A stretch of DNA of 58,864 bases, the filler included. It is 5 parts of 5 records of this genome, joined end to end, with 100 filler letters (N's around TTAATTAATTAA, not from the genome) between each part and the next. Parts side by side here need not be neighbours in the genome. Positions count along the whole stretch, not along the records: positions 39,637 to 51,020 come from SRR2962707_1446; positions 51,121 to 58,864 come from SRR2962707_1460; 3 more parts are not named here. The stretch is one strand, 5' to 3'. Every line of letters starts with the position of its first letter. Position 1 is the stretch's first letter. Position numbers and translations under genes: made by a program. Shown here one piece after another: positions 42,801-56,756 of the stretch. The notes beneath the pieces are model-generated. The model was not told the DNA's origin and did not search any database. It worked only from the letters and a program-made list of their open reading frames with translations.

Positions 42801-45800
42801 CTCGAATTGTTTGCTCAAACAGCTTGGCAACAACAAGCGTGCGACGAACCGGGAGTCGGGGTTGCCAAGGCAGACGTGCTTCCCGGCGCGTTCACCGACC
42901 GCATGTTTCTTTTGCACACTATGTTGTCGGCCGTTGCTTTGGATCTGGAAGGGGATCTGACGGCATCCATGTCGGCCATGCGACATTGCGCAGCGTTTTT
43001 TGCTGCGTCAAACAAGTCCACACTGAGTAACGACGAGACCAACGACGCAGGCAGAGGTCCCCTGTTTCGAACCTTTTTATGCGACGTCACAGGCACGCAG
43101 CTCACGAGCTTATCGCAACGAAGAAACAGCGCAACCGCGCTGCAGTCGGTCTACGAACTGCTCCGAACGCATGCAACGCGCAAAGGTACACCTACTGCAA
43201 TTCAGCAGAAAATATTTTCGACTTTGCTCGCCCAATTCGCCTCAACCGAATCTGGGGATTCATCAAAAGCGACCAGCGCTACCATTGAATCGGAAACAAC
43301 GCACTCTGTGCCTGCTATTCATGGTCAACGCCCATCAGAAGTTTCCACGCAAGGGGAAACAAGATCGACAAACTTTGCCGCAAGAGGTGGTCCTGACGAC
43401 GTGGTTGTAAAATGCTTTCGAAACCTGACTCGAATTGTGGATGACTTCGTGGATCGCCTTGCAGCCGCCAAGCTTCGAAACATTGGAGTGTCCACGAGTT
43501 CGTTGGAAACACCGTCCGCTAACGGAGAGTTACCTGCGCGAAAACGTCAACGAAAAAAACAACGCAAGCGACAACGACAACAAGAAGGCCTTCGCAAGCA
43601 GGAAGATCGGAATCTTGTTGACGTTTTCTTCTCTGCATGTGGAGAAGTTGGGCGCTCAGATATCGCTGTGCTGCTGGCGTCGACTCTGCTGCGCTCAGTT
43701 TCTCAACTTTTGCCACAGGGGTGTGGAGTCCAATCGCCAAGTAAGCATGCTGCAGAAGCGCCGGACGGTACGAATATCGTTCACATCGGTGCTGGCCACG
43801 AGGTTTTTTCTGCCACAAGAACAGCACAAGCTGCAAGCGATTCGGACTTCGGTGATGAAGTAGAAGGAAAGGGATGCGAGATTTGCGGAGCAGACGATCA
43901 CAATGACAAAGTCTTGCTTTGTGATGGCGAGCAATGTGCACTGGGCCTCCGGTTGCAAAACATCCCTGTGAAAGAGTACGATGGCCTGCTTAAACTGCGT
44001 GTTTGGCATATTGTGCGTTGTTGTGTGAAGTAATGATTCGTTACTTTACTGCTGTAGGTACCACATGTACTGCCTTCGGCCGCAGATTCTCAAAGTTCCG
44101 GAGGGAGATTTTGTCGGACCTTGCTGCGACCCGTTGGGCTGGGCTGCAAAGTCCGCCGCCAACGAAACCGCTGGACGCTTGCCCAATCCTCCACCTGCAG
44201 ACTCAGTCGCAGCAAAACAACTCGCTGACAAGGTGACCGCGGGTACATCTGTCGGCTCTGTGCAGAAACCAGCTGCCTCAAAATCACTCACAACAGACCC
44301 ACAAGACATGTCTATTGATGAATTAGAGCTTGTCAACGATGCAGAGTCTGAAACGCTTGATGTGCTGTCTGTGGACGCACCACTTACCCATGACGCGGCT
44401 GTGAAGTTTGCTGGACTTCTGATTCGTGAAACAGCAGGCGCTATCAGAAAAAGTGACGCAATGAGGAGACGACGCAAAGAGCACCAGACTGTACCAAACC
44501 AAGTTCACACGAGTGACGCTGATGGTGGTAGACCCAGGGACTCCAGGGCAGCTTCTGTCACGACTTTTCCCATCGACGCCCCACAAGCGATGCTAGCACG
44601 GCAGGCTGTGCCGCTATTGCTGATGATGGGACTCAATCTGGCGTGGCGGGACCTTGACATCGAGTTGATGAAAAGTGCTGTCACGCTAGCACACTTCGCA
44701 AATTGTATGGACCTCTTTTTTCACCATTGCAATGTACGTGACAAGCTCCGGTGCATGTGGTGCTTGGGGAGACGGTGTATGCATTCGCAGATATTTCATA
44801 CTCACTTTCCGGTTCTTGTTGGTGCCCAAAAGGTAAGCTTTTGTCAGCTTCTTGGCATTGCGACCAGGGGCACTCAAATGGATCTCGTTGCTATCGGTCT
44901 TGGTGCAAGATGGAGAACACGCGATCTGGTTGCGGCGTGGAAGCAAGCACCTTTCTACGACTTTCTGCGTTGTTGCTTCGAGCTGATCAAGCAAGGGGCT
45001 CGCGCATCTCGAGCTTTAATCACGGATCGGTGTGAAACAAACGTGCGCCTTCTGCGCGTTCTCGCTTCATCGACGATTTCGTTGCTTCAAGTTTATCACG
45101 CACATTGCCATCAAGCGCCAGCGCCGATGGAGCTTTCTTTTCAGAATGGCATTGGCTGGGTGGTGGAGTTTTTATTACGAGACCCGAGAGCAGTTGACGC
45201 AGGCAACCTTGCGTCCAACGAGCTGGATTGCCTTGCGTCACCGGGTGCAGCATTTGACCGCATGGGCATTGTGGCTGAGACGGCTGATGGCGTTCTCCAA
45301 TTTTTGTGCCGTGCTCACAACCACAACTTGGCAGCCATTGTGCAGACAATTTTGTCGACTTGCCTTGATCTTTATGGATTGGTTGCCCACCTTCGACGGA
45401 CGTCGGGTGACAACGTCCTTGCATTGGAAGATCACCGACAAGGCACACATGTGGCAGGAAAAAATGTGGCGTTGCCTGGTACTCGCAGGAGTATGCGGCA
45501 TTCTAAGGCACAAAGTGATGCCGATGCCGTGGGCAGCAGTTGCGCCAATCACGACAGTATCATCGCAAACACTACGCCTGGAGCCCGTGCAAAAGAGTGG
45601 GGGTAGGTTGACATGCATTGACGAATGCGTGGTTTGCAGCCTTCATCGCAATGTTCATTGCTCATTTGTGGCTGGTCAATGGTTGCGCGACAGGCAAATC
45701 GTGTCAATGATTCATGAATGCTGTGACCTACTTTACGACCTTCGCCCAGTCACTGGCCTTGGAGCCGTGTCACACAAAACGATTCAGCGAACTCGCGCGC

Positions 45801-48800
45801 TGGACCCTGACACTGCAAGCAAGATTTGGCTATTTACCCTCAACGAGATATATGCGACCGCAGAGGCATCGAGCGTCAGATCATTGGGGTTCGCTGAGCG
45901 CGATGGTGGCGTTAATGATCGTGTGGCACGCAAGGTGTTGTCGGGAGACTCCGTTGGAAAGTCTGTTTCAATTCTCGAACGTATCGATCGCGACAGCAGC
46001 AATTTCTCGCTGCATGGCATCGCCCGCCTTTCTGCCTCGTCGAAGGCAGTTTTGCAAGCTGCAATTTCAGCCATAGGATTCCCACGTGGTCTACGAAGCA
46101 ATGGGTTAAAAGCCAATGCTGCAACGAAAGGTCAAGATGTGTATTACGTTTTGGCTCGCACGCGCGAATCAGCTTTCCTGGCAGATACTTTTGCGTCCGC
46201 TTTGTTGAAGCGCGGTGTGGCGTCAACCGAGTTGTCACGAACAGCATTCTTGCAGCTGCCGTTACTAAAGTTTGGACGATTGCTTGACGGAACGGGCAGT
46301 GCAAGTACAGCAATCAGCGACAACGAAGAATTGTGGATGACCGCATTGTTGCCAACTACAGGTTCGAATGGCACCGACGTTTGGCGCGGCAATAGCGTTT
46401 GGGAAGAAGATCGTGCAGCCAACGTAACCCCAGGCAACAGGTGTGTGTACAACTCTGAAACGAGTCTTTTTCAGTGCGATCACGGCGCAATTTCTGTTCC
46501 ATTCTGATTCTGTTCTAATGCTTTTGATCCAGTATGCCGTATCGTGCATCTCGCGATGTTCGGCGCGCTTGCGAGACCGGACTGTACTTCTTTGCCGAAG
46601 CGAACCTATGTCCTCGAAAAGCAACCGACTTCAAGCACACCAAAGCCAAGGTCCGTGAATTGACACCTGTTGCGAAGTGCTGCGTTGGTATCTTGGCCTA
46701 TTCTCTTACCCGACGCCTGCGTTCGTTAGGAGTTAAATTGGAGAGAACAAATGAATATTCATCACAGTAATATGGACGTGTGCTTAGCTGATCTTGCCCA
46801 GCATCCAACACGGTTGTCATCTTGGCGGCATTTCGCCGACAAGGCTCTCCACGTTTATTTCCACAGCGTGGACGCATACGTTTTTGGGCTATCGATGTTT
46901 GATGTTGATGTAGCAGAGCTTGCAGATGATGCCGACGCCGGCGAGATTTTTCGCACAGACGCTGCTGCACACCCATTTTTTGACCTTCGACCACTGGACA
47001 AAGCGTCAGCTACAAGTACAAGTCCCCTTGGTCCGTGGAAGCCATCGTTCCGGAACTACAATGTTGGAACATCACTTTCCATGTGGGTGACAGAAGCAGA
47101 CTTGCGAAGAGATGCGCGAGTCGCCATGCGCGCAATGCAGGTGCGATGGGTGCAGCTGCTTTGGGTACAACGAACTTCGATCGTCAAGCCTGATTGACCT
47201 GACTCCGCCATTTTCCTCAACTTTTGGATAGGTTGAACTATGTTTGTATCTGTCTGTGCTAAGTGATCACACAATTGAAAGTGAAGGCGAGGATTCGTCC
47301 CCAGATTCAGCTGAGAGGTCTTCATTGATCCCAATCTTGCTGGACACCAAACGATGGCAGGCTGCTGCTCACACAGTTCGAGCGGTCGCTGAAAAGCACG
47401 AAGAGCAACAGGCTACATGGGTACTTTCTCTTGCTCGCGACCTGTTACGGTGCTGCGAAGGTCTCATGGTGTATTTGTACACTCGCATCCAGAGTTGTGC
47501 ACCTGAGTGTATATCATTCCCATCATCAGAGCAGTTGCGCGTCGAAGCTAGCAGCAGCAGTGCCGCCGTTTCCGACATGATGAGCAAACGCACGTTAGCA
47601 TTATTGGATCTCAAAATTCTGATTGAGCGCACCCAAATGGTCGGTGTACTGTGCCGTCTTGCTTGTCCTGTTGGCTCCAAACCGCACGCTTGCGCGCCAA
47701 AGGCGACCCAGCGCTCCTTTTTGCGCGTTTATTGTGTTTTCTGCAACTGTAGATCTATGACGTGCGATCGCAAGCAGCGAGCGATTTTGAAACTGCCTTC
47801 CACTCGAGACGGTCGCCGACGACACCCGATACTCCGCGCTGCTCTCAGGCATCGTCCTCTTCAACTGGCAGCAACGGCGGCAAGGACACAAAGTCATCGC
47901 GAAGTGTGTACCCGCCGTTTTGGGATTACCTCCTGGCCAAATGTCTTGCCAAACTCGGATGTGAACCACTCTCAGTTTTACGGGTTTTAACGAAGGCTGC
48001 AAATGCGTCAATGACAATCCAACTACTTGTCCAAGACGGTGTGTTGGTCGATGGCTTCTTCAGTGTGAATATTTCTGCTGTTGCTGCGACTCGTGTTCTC
48101 AGCGTCTGTTTTCTGTGTTTAACGGTGATTGCACCTGCTTTCAGGCGTGCGCCCAGCCTCGATTCAATCTGCATGGCCATACGCTCAGTTGGGCATTGAC
48201 TTCGACATTTACTTGCGCTTACAAGCCACTGCGTTGGAATTTCTGTGCTGCAGCGATGCAAACTCGACAGCAAAGCATGTTCGAGAATGGCAACAAGATC
48301 TGCGTGCCGCTCTTCAAGTTGGGGCAGCCGACAGAGTGAACGAAGTCCATGGCGCACTGGACTATGTGAAGGCATTTGTTCGCAATGTCAGGGCTTGTTT
48401 GGATCGTGACCCTTTCTCTCACCGTGCAAAACACCTGCTTGAGTTTTCGCATGCGTGGTTGGCGCGGAACGGGTGCGCGCCACCGCCGTTGGAACAGGGA
48501 CTGGAGAGTGTATTTTTACTGGCGCAGAGCAAGCGCGCTGGTGCGAATCGGCCGCTGATAGGGGTGTGGTTAGACAAACTCAAACCTACTACTGCAAACT
48601 ATGACCAGCTTGATCGACGCCGACCCAAATATAACGCGCTGCGATTTAAGTATGGGACTCTGCAAATGTCAAGCACCTCGGTTGCTTCGTGAACGCGATA
48701 TTGACGTAATGCGAACTAAGCCTGGACAACCGTTGTTGACTTGACTTGCAGGTATGTGAAAGCATACGTGCAGCACTTATCCAACCGTCACGCAATTCTT

Positions 48801-49573
48801 AGGCTGGGAAAGCTGCTTCATCAGCTCGAAGTGAGCGATGATGTGCGCAATGGCGTCCCAAAGCGAATGGCCGAAGACTGGGCACACTGTGTCGGTTACG
48901 CTATTGTGTCATTATTTGACGAGGCGTTGAAAGCGAGTTTTCAGTGTCGTGAACTTTCCGATGAAGGAGCCCCGTCGACTCCGAGCGCAAGCGTGGGCAT
49001 TGCTGGAGTGTACGTGGCTTTGGCAATGTCCAAGAGGGTTGCAAATCTTGCTGGATGTCTTAGGCTGGAACTGTCATTTTGCGTGGGTGATTTGGGCAGA
49101 TACCTTGCAAAGCCTGGTGAAACGAGCCACGACTATGTTGGTCGTGTTCGGGCGCATCTTCGCTGTGCGTTCCAAGCTTACACAGAAATGAAGCAATACC
49201 ACTCCCGGCGCTTTAAACACTTGTACCGAAGGCTGTCGCTGCATGTACGTGCCGGGTGCACCTTAGGCGCTGTTGTTTGCAAGTAGATTCCAAACATGGC
49301 TGAAACACAATGTTCCTGCTTCGTCGCCTCAGGTCAGCCAGTTGGTTCTGATTTTCAAAAAGCAAACCTCGTACATTGTGATGCATGCAAGCACGGTACG
49401 GTTTGATGCGCGTGTTGTTGGTGTCTTGGAAGGAAGTTTTAGGACGTGCACTTGAGAAAGTTTTTTATGGGTTGCACTGTTGGTATGCATAGCCACTTGA
49501 ATATTGCGAGGAGCTTTTCCCCAAAGTGCAGGCGAAGACTGCACCACGAAAAAACCGCATGCGGCGAAAGTAG
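39830..49573 (+). CDS. Large multi-exon CABIN1/HIR3-like protein with internal PHD finger, 5'-truncated
   Basis: Chain of plus-strand ORFs with GT-AG boundaries. Colinear motifs recalled from CABIN1/Hir3: GLRINPAHISCQMRLEKLL, RRVSAR, DVYYVLA, DLAQHPTRLSSW, WDYLLAKCLAKL, CLDRDPFSHRAKHLL and LIGVW..DRRRPKY. PHD at about 43875-44127. Last exon probably 49493-49573. The full exon structure was not resolved. Confidence 0.6.
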
Positions 49574-49674
49574 AACTCCCCAGTATTGAGGCATGAATGT
49601 ATCATTGTACTAATATATAAGTTACAATGGAGCAAGTGCATCGTGTACGGTATTATTCAAAATATGTCATGTAG

Positions 49675-50951
49675 TCACGACAAGTCACGTGGGTCAATAA
49701 CGATTCCCCAGCTGGGGTCAAGCTGTGAGTAAGCCTCCAAGACACTTTCTTTTGCAGTTGCCTTGACTTTTTGAGTCACGCGGTTCACATCACGCGCCGC
49801 CTGCAATAGTGTCAATTGACATTCGTAAGCGTGCGCACCGTCCGTACACGTGTGGAAACAAGTTGGTTTTACAGAGTGGGTGCCTCACCTGCCACGCGCG
49901 ATGAACGTCGATGCGAGTGAGATTCCATTCACCATGGAGTTCCTGCACGGCGCAGAATGGTTTTCAGGTACACGAATGTATTTCAGGCCGAACACACATG
50001 CGTTATCAACTCAAATGACCTTGATCCTGCGAAGAATGTCGTCAAACTTCAAGTCGCGGCCTTTCTTGGAAGAGTTTACCAACATATCTCCGATCTCCGC
50101 GATCAATGCTGTCTCTCGTGATGGGCCTGGCACGGATACAGTTTGCAAAAGCGCGGCAAAACGAAGACATGTTGGGGTTTCGCATTTAGGATCTGCTGGT
50201 ACGTTGCTGGTGGCGTCAACGCTCTGACAAAAAACAGTTGCTACCTTTATCGAGCGACACAAGAGATTTGTTCAACGCCGCTTCGCGAGCGCTCCTCGCT
50301 TTGGCAAGCTTGCGAGCCCGAGCTGCATGAGCAACGCGCTCATCGTACCTGCAATGTTATATGTTCGCCAAATAACAAAGTTTACGGATGCTGTTTTTGT
50401 GTCGTGAAGATCGACAGGCAACATGCGGGTCGACTTACGCGTCCTGAGCAGCAAACATCCGCTCCTTCTTCACGCGATCCATGACCATTGTTGTGTCATC
50501 AGCTTTCAAAGCCTGCACAAGAAACCACAACCATGTTTGTCAATGCCAACATCTCATTCACGATGCTGCGTGTGTGCAACTGGTTGTGTGCCAGAAACGA
50601 CTGCTCGTACTTACCGTTGTGAATGCGTGGACGAGGGTTAAGAATGCCCGAGCAGGCATGAGGCGGAGCGGCTCACTGAATTTGAGCCATTCTTCCATGC
50701 TAAGCTCCCCATCGCCGTCCGAGTCGGCCTACATCAATGCGTCGTACATGGTTGAGCGTCCTCCAGCAGAAAAATTGCGTATCCGCGACAAGTACCGAGT
50801 CCGTAATACAAACCTTGGCAATTTCCATTCTGGCTTGCACCAGGGAGCAGTCTGAACCGCTTTGAGCCCTTCCCATGCGGCGGAATTCGTGTGCATCCAG
50901 ATAGCCACTTCCGTCCGTGTCAAGCAGGTGAAACAAACTTTGCAAAGCCGC
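49675..50951 (-). CDS. Multi-exon EF-hand pair protein, 5'-truncated
   Basis: EF loops DTDGSGYLDAHE and DSDGDGELSMEE joined by the phase-0 intron 50729-50813; further GT-AG exons to TGA at 49675-49677. Confidence 0.72.
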
Positions 50952-50993
50952 CTGCAACCACATGCAGAATCTATATCGTAAAAAGCATGCCAA

Positions 50994-51020
50994 ATCGGAA
51001 GAGCACACGTCTGAACTCCA
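50994..51020 (+). other. Illumina TruSeq adapter sequence (artefact)
   Basis: ATCGGAAGAGCACACGTCTGAACTCCA at the contig end. Confidence 0.97.
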
Positions 51021-51120
51021 NNNNNNNNNNNNNNNNNNNNNNNNNNNNNNNNNNNNNNNNNNNNTTAATTAATTAANNNNNNNNNNNNNNNNNNNNNNNN
51101 NNNNNNNNNNNNNNNNNNNN
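51021..51120. other. Artificial contig-joining spacer
   Basis: N44-TTAATTAATTAA-N44. Confidence 0.98.
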
Positions 51121-51244
51121 CTCACTTGCTCACTCACTCACTTGCTCGCTGTCGGACTCACGAACACACTCGCTCACGAACGCACTCACGCACTCACTGA
51201 AAAACGCTCGATGTCCTCACTCACAGTCACTCACGCTCCACTCG
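51121..51244. repeat. Degenerate (CTCA)n microsatellite
   Basis: Visible CTCA/CTCG repeats at the contig start. Confidence 0.75.
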
Positions 51245-51403
51245 CAAAGCCGAGGCGAGCAGATAGTCACCGTAATTGATTGCGTCATTCATTGAGTGTC
51301 GCTTGTCTTGTTCTTCGACAAAGCACAAGAGCGACACAAGAAAATACAAAATAAGAATAGTAAAACGCTCCATCGAGCGAATCCGATTCAACCGGTTCTC
51401 GCG

Positions 51404-54400
51404 ATGAACTTCGAAGCTCACGAGGCGGTTGACGAAGAGGGCGCTGCCCCCCCTATTCGCGACCTATCGGTTGAGTTCGTGCAAGGAATCGCCCGCCAGT
51501 ACCGGGAACTCCGGAACCTCAACCTGTCCTACAATGAAATATCCGACGCAGTGAACCTTCGCTTGCTCCCTTCGTTGCAGGCAGTCGACCTGAGCCACAA
51601 CCAACTCGCGTACTTGCCGAACTTGGACCTGCCGCAATTGAGGGTTCTCAACTTGGCCGACAATTGCATCTTTTACGCGGAGGCGCTTTCACGGCTTCCT
51701 GGGCTGGAACTTTTGGACCTGAGACGCAACAACATCACGTCCTGTCAGTCGGTTTCCGGTCTGGCTGAGCTGCCACGGCTTCGCGAGATTTGGCTCGAGG
51801 GCAACCCGGTCGCTTCCGCGCCTGACTATCGCATCGCAGTTCTGTCTCTACTGCCAACGGTGAGGACGTTAGATGGGGCGCAGGTGACCGCAGGTGAGCG
51901 TCGGCACGCGAGCACTTTCTCTGGGTCCCCGAATGGGTACCAGGCAGACGGCGCTGCAGACAACAATGCGTTGGACGCCTCCTCTGTGTCGTTACGTCCA
52001 TCTATTGAGATCCATGACCACGAAGACCAAAGAAGGGACCTCCGGTTTCGGTCAAATTTGCATCACAATACCGCTGATCACGACTCAGACGAAGACTCAA
52101 TCGGCATGAGACCTGACCTGGGAAACTTAGAGAAGCACACTGATTCTCGCGCAAGCAAGGTGATCCAACGCACAAGACAGTTGCTTGACCAAGCGAAACA
52201 GAGCAGGGAAAAGGCACACGCTGCTGCAGCGCGGGTATCGCAAAAGCCTCCAACCGGTGATCGAAATGACGTTGCTATTCCTCACAGTCGGCAACGGCGG
52301 CAAACAGAATCGCTTGCAAATGCTGCCCGCACAGGCCAAACCTTGCGAACAGCGACGCGTGGGTTGATTGCTAGCAGACGCTTTTCCGGTGGCACAAGCC
52401 CCATGCTTCCACCGATGTGGAACGACGCTGACGCAGACTCAGACCAAAGTGTTGGCCAGAGTGATGGCGATGCGCTTGCACCTCCAGAAGACAGCCCTCG
52501 TTCTACTGACGATGAGATTGTGACTGGCACCCAGAGCCAGGTTGCGGGAGGGTCAAAAATGGCTTCTGCTGCAACAGCCATTAGATGGAAGGTGAAAGCG
52601 TTGTCGAGAGAAAGAAAAATCCGAGAACTGGAGGCGCGAGTGACGGAGGAACGATTGGCGGCCGATAGAATGCGCAAGTTCGTGACATTCTTCACTGCTG
52701 ACGACGTATTGGTCCGTGTTGCAGGTTGCACCAACCAATGGTTACCGCGTGAATTGGTCTTGGGCAGGTACTTTGACCATCAAGCTTTGAACGCTTTCCA
52801 AGACGCGATGCACGAACAGCAGGTCAGATCATTTGAAAATGATGGTTGCCGACGGTTGCCCCTCTGTTGTCTCGGTTACCTGGCTCATCGAAGATCTTGT
52901 GTAAAAACAGAGTTCACGAAACCGGCAACAAGGCGTAACTGAAGCACAGGCGGTGACCGATCTCCGTCGGCAACTTGCCTCAGCACAGCGCCAACTTGCA
53001 GTGCAGGAGCAGGTTATGTGCATGCAGGAATCAGCAATCCACGCAAGCGCGAGTTCACTGAATCTGCCATCACCGCCCCAAATTCAGCAACCTGGTGGTC
53101 AAAGCCCACGAACATCTAACACTGGGTCAAGCGGCTCAGGTGGCCCACATGGCGATGTAGAAACTGGAAGTCTCGACCGTGTGTTGTCAAGTTCTGCGGC
53201 AGCTTCTTCCACACAGGCCCTCCTGCTTCACACGTAGGTTTTGATGCTGCCCGTGTGTAAAGTGACTGTCAAAACACTTGATAGTTTCTTGTTTGTCTAT
53301 TTCAACCCTGTTCTGTTGCTGCAGCTGGCGCCAGCAGGTGTTTAAGCTTTTAGTGCAGCGAGAAAGTGAAGCGCTTATGGTTAGTGTGCTCTTTTTTTCT
53401 TGAAACACGCTGATTGTAATTGCAGTAGGATTGTCCTGACGTACGGAAGCTACCGCGCTACCAGGCTGATAACAAAGCATCCGAAGCTAAAGCAAACATG
53501 GCACAGATGACGCGCAGCCTGGAATGCAGTGCCAAGAGCAACGAAGTCCTACGCTCTAAACTGGAAGCTAAAGCAGTCGAACTCGAGCGCCGAACGGACG
53601 AAGTTCTGCAGCTACGGGGAGTTGCCGCAGATGCAACTCGTGGGGCGAGCCAGGTTGCTTTTGGTGACCTGTCACTCGCCTTCACTGTCACCGCGGATTC
53701 ATTTTTGCCCGATACTCTAACACTGTTTTTGAACTGTGGTTGCCTTCAATGTTGCAGTCGAGAGGGCTCAGTCAGCAGCAGTTGTCATCCGTGCGGACAG
53801 GACTTAGGTCGTTGGAAGAATCCATAAAGCGTGAGGAGGGTGTGTTTTTCGGTGCTGTTTGTTTGGCAGCACACTTTTGTTCGGCCCAATGCCTGTGATG
53901 GAGACACCGTAGCCTGCTCACGGAGGTGCCGTGCACGTGTGATAGGCCGTGTTGCGCAAGCGTTTCGCAAGCTACTGGTTTTTGACAAACGCGTTGGCTT
54001 CGCCTGCAGTCGCGTTCGAATGCTGGCGAGTGTGCTGAAAACCCGCCTCCGGTCAGCGGCCTTGCGGAGTACCCCGCAGTACAAATCAGGGGAGCCCATG
54101 AATAATCGGCGCATGCTACTGGATCAACGCGCACCGACCGCGATTGACGGTCACCTTATTTCTTTAGAGGCAGGGTCGCTCGACATTGCCGCTGCTCAAG
54201 GTCCGTTTGCACCGTATCGTCCGGGTCTGCTCGCTTTGTTGTCGTGCTTGTTCGCGTCCACGATGTTGACATGTTTCGTCATTATCGTTTGGTCCAGCCA
54301 TTTCCGCCGAATGCCGATCACTTCGTCGGGAGCGGGATTTTCTTCTGCGCTCAATGCAGGATATGCAACAGCAACAAGAGGCGACAAGCCACGCTGCAGA

Positions 54401-55497
54401 AGAGGTTTGGTCTCAGATTGATTGGTTGGGCAAATCCGCGATGGATTCAGCTGTGGTTGTAATGGTATCGGCTGATGTACTGTCCTTGCATTCCAGCTTG
54501 GAAGTGCAGCCCAGCAGTCGTTGCAGCGAGAGGCAAAGCGACGCAGGGAGCTTGTTACTCAGATGGAGGCATTGCAGGTACGTGAAGTCCCTGCTTCTAC
54601 ATGTGCTTCTTTTCTCTGCGCTTTCCTCAACCTTCTGTTTCCGGGTCGATCGTTTGCGTGGCAGGCAAAGTTGAGAACAAGTGAACAGAATTCAGCTGCT
54701 ACAGTCAACCGGCTCAAAGAAACCTGGGCACAAGAGGTTTGTCGGTTTCACTGCACACTTTTAAGTGTTCTTCGTAACAGCCTGCTGTTGTTCATTGTAT
54801 TTGGTACGAATTTGTGGCAGGAAGCAGGGCTTCGCGAATTGCTTGCAGAACAGGACGCGGCGCTGGCTGCCGCAAGAGATGAGAACAGTTCACTGCGCAA
54901 AACAGAGGCTAAACAGCTGTTTGGAATTCGTCAAGTCGAACGCGATTTAGACCGTGAACGACGTGAACGAGAAGACGAGCGAGAGGAATTTTCGCAGCAG
55001 GTCGGTGGTGCCGACATGCGGGGGTGACCAACTTCTCAAATTGCCCATGGAATCAGCAACGAACTGATCTTATTTTCCTATTGTGCTAGATCTCAACGTT
55101 GCAGCATTCTCTGAGCGCCACTCGACGGCAGCTAAATGACATCAAGCGCGACCGCGCGAGCCTTCTCGCAGCGTTGCGCGACACGGAGAACCTTCCGAAA
55201 CAACCCTCGTCGCGCACCGAAAAGCTTCGCAAAAGCAATGCCCCGCGAAGCAGAAATCATAGAGGACAAGCAAGTAGTAATAACGAAAAGCGATTGTTGC
55301 CTCGCCCAATTAACAACGCAACACTCACAGCTCGGACTTCTGCTCAAAAGTTGCAGGAGCGACTTTCTGGATTGCTTGAGCTATCGTCCTCTTTGCTGCG
55401 GGACGGCGGCGATCTTGATGACGAAGTTGACGACTCTGATTCAAGTGAAGCGCCGCACTCACAACATGAGGCAGCCAGCCACTCCAGCATTGAATAG
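51404..55497 (+). CDS. Multi-exon LRR + LRRcap + coiled-coil protein (centrosomal/ciliary-type architecture)
   Basis: SDS22-like LRRs (LRNLNLSYNEI, LQAVDLSHNQL, LELLDLRRNNI), LRRcap GNPVASAPDYRIAVLSLLPTVRTLDG, and downstream coiled-coil exons to TAG at 55495-55497. Confidence 0.75.
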
Positions 55498-56756
55498 CGC
55501 GGTTTTTTGTACAACTTCTGGTCGATTGGCAACTTTTGGCTGAGACTAAACCACATACATGACGTACATGACATACAAAAATAACGTTGCACTCCTCACT
55601 CACTCATTCACTCGGGTGGGCTTATGAATACGGTCCATTGTGAACGCACGTGGGGATTATTTTACCATCATGTCAGTGTTTCCTGCTGCAATTATACCAA
55701 CACCAGTCGCTTGCACGCGCAAAACCGTGCCGGCACCACCGGTTTTCCCGTGGGTGCAGTGTCTCACAGCGGAACACATGCGCAGATCTTTAGTTGAGGA
55801 AAACTTCATCAACACCTGCAGGCTGGCTTCACAAGCAACGTGAAGTCCGCTTTCACTAGCAAGATGCCTCTCTTGGCCTGGCAAAATCGTCGCATTGTTG
55901 GCCAAAATGCGTCCATATCGCTGGGTCTCGTCTCCGAAAGGATGCTTTCCCGTCAAAATTATGTGCAGCACAATACCCATGCTGAAGCAATCCGCACGCC
56001 TTTCATCAACCTTGATCCCTGTGTCTCCAATGACTTCCAGAGCTTGGTAGCCGATTGTGCCGAAAGGACCAGATCGCGTGTGACGGGGCCGAGTTGATCC
56101 CAGCCGTATGGATATGCCAAAATCAGCGATCTTCCCTACGCCATGCTTCAGCAGCACATTGGCAGGCTTCAAGTCTCGGTGTGCAATCATTTAGTCATGC
56201 AAGGATCGCATTTCTTCGACAACGCCCAAGCACAGCGACTTTTAAAGCTCGACTTCAATTGCAGTCTCATGCAAAAAGTCCTCGTTCTTCGAAATGAAGC
56301 TACTGAACGATATTTTTGTGGTGAAGTTCGGATAGAATTTCTCGCTCGTCTTGCCCTGCCCGAATGGTGTGCGTCATCACTTGCTTGATCGCCACCGGCT
56401 CTCCATTTTTGTCGCGCCCTCTAAACAGTCCCTGAAACACGATTCCTTGTCCCCCTTTCGCCGAGTACCTCTGCAGCTCCGCCCGATTTGTTTTTTTGCC
56501 CAGCTCAATCGCGATTTGGTGGCACCGGTATTTGCTGAGCTCACCTGTGGCCGCAATCTGCGCAGGACGAAGGTGCTCACCGCAATGACACAAGTGGCGA
56601 CGAGCAACGGCATCCACTGCAAACACAAAGCCGCAAAACAAAATCAGTGCGGTGGAATTCACAGCGCCGTTTCGCGGTCATGGCAGCTTATGAGGCAAAC
56701 TTCGCACGTACCCAGTTTGATGTAGGGGATAGCAACAATGCAAGGGATGACTCAGA

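Noticed and set aside
55657..56480. Bona fide IRE1 orthologue
   Set aside because: No KEN RNase domain or IRE1 lumenal domain is recognisable, and the frame is disrupted; only kinase-level resemblance is claimed.
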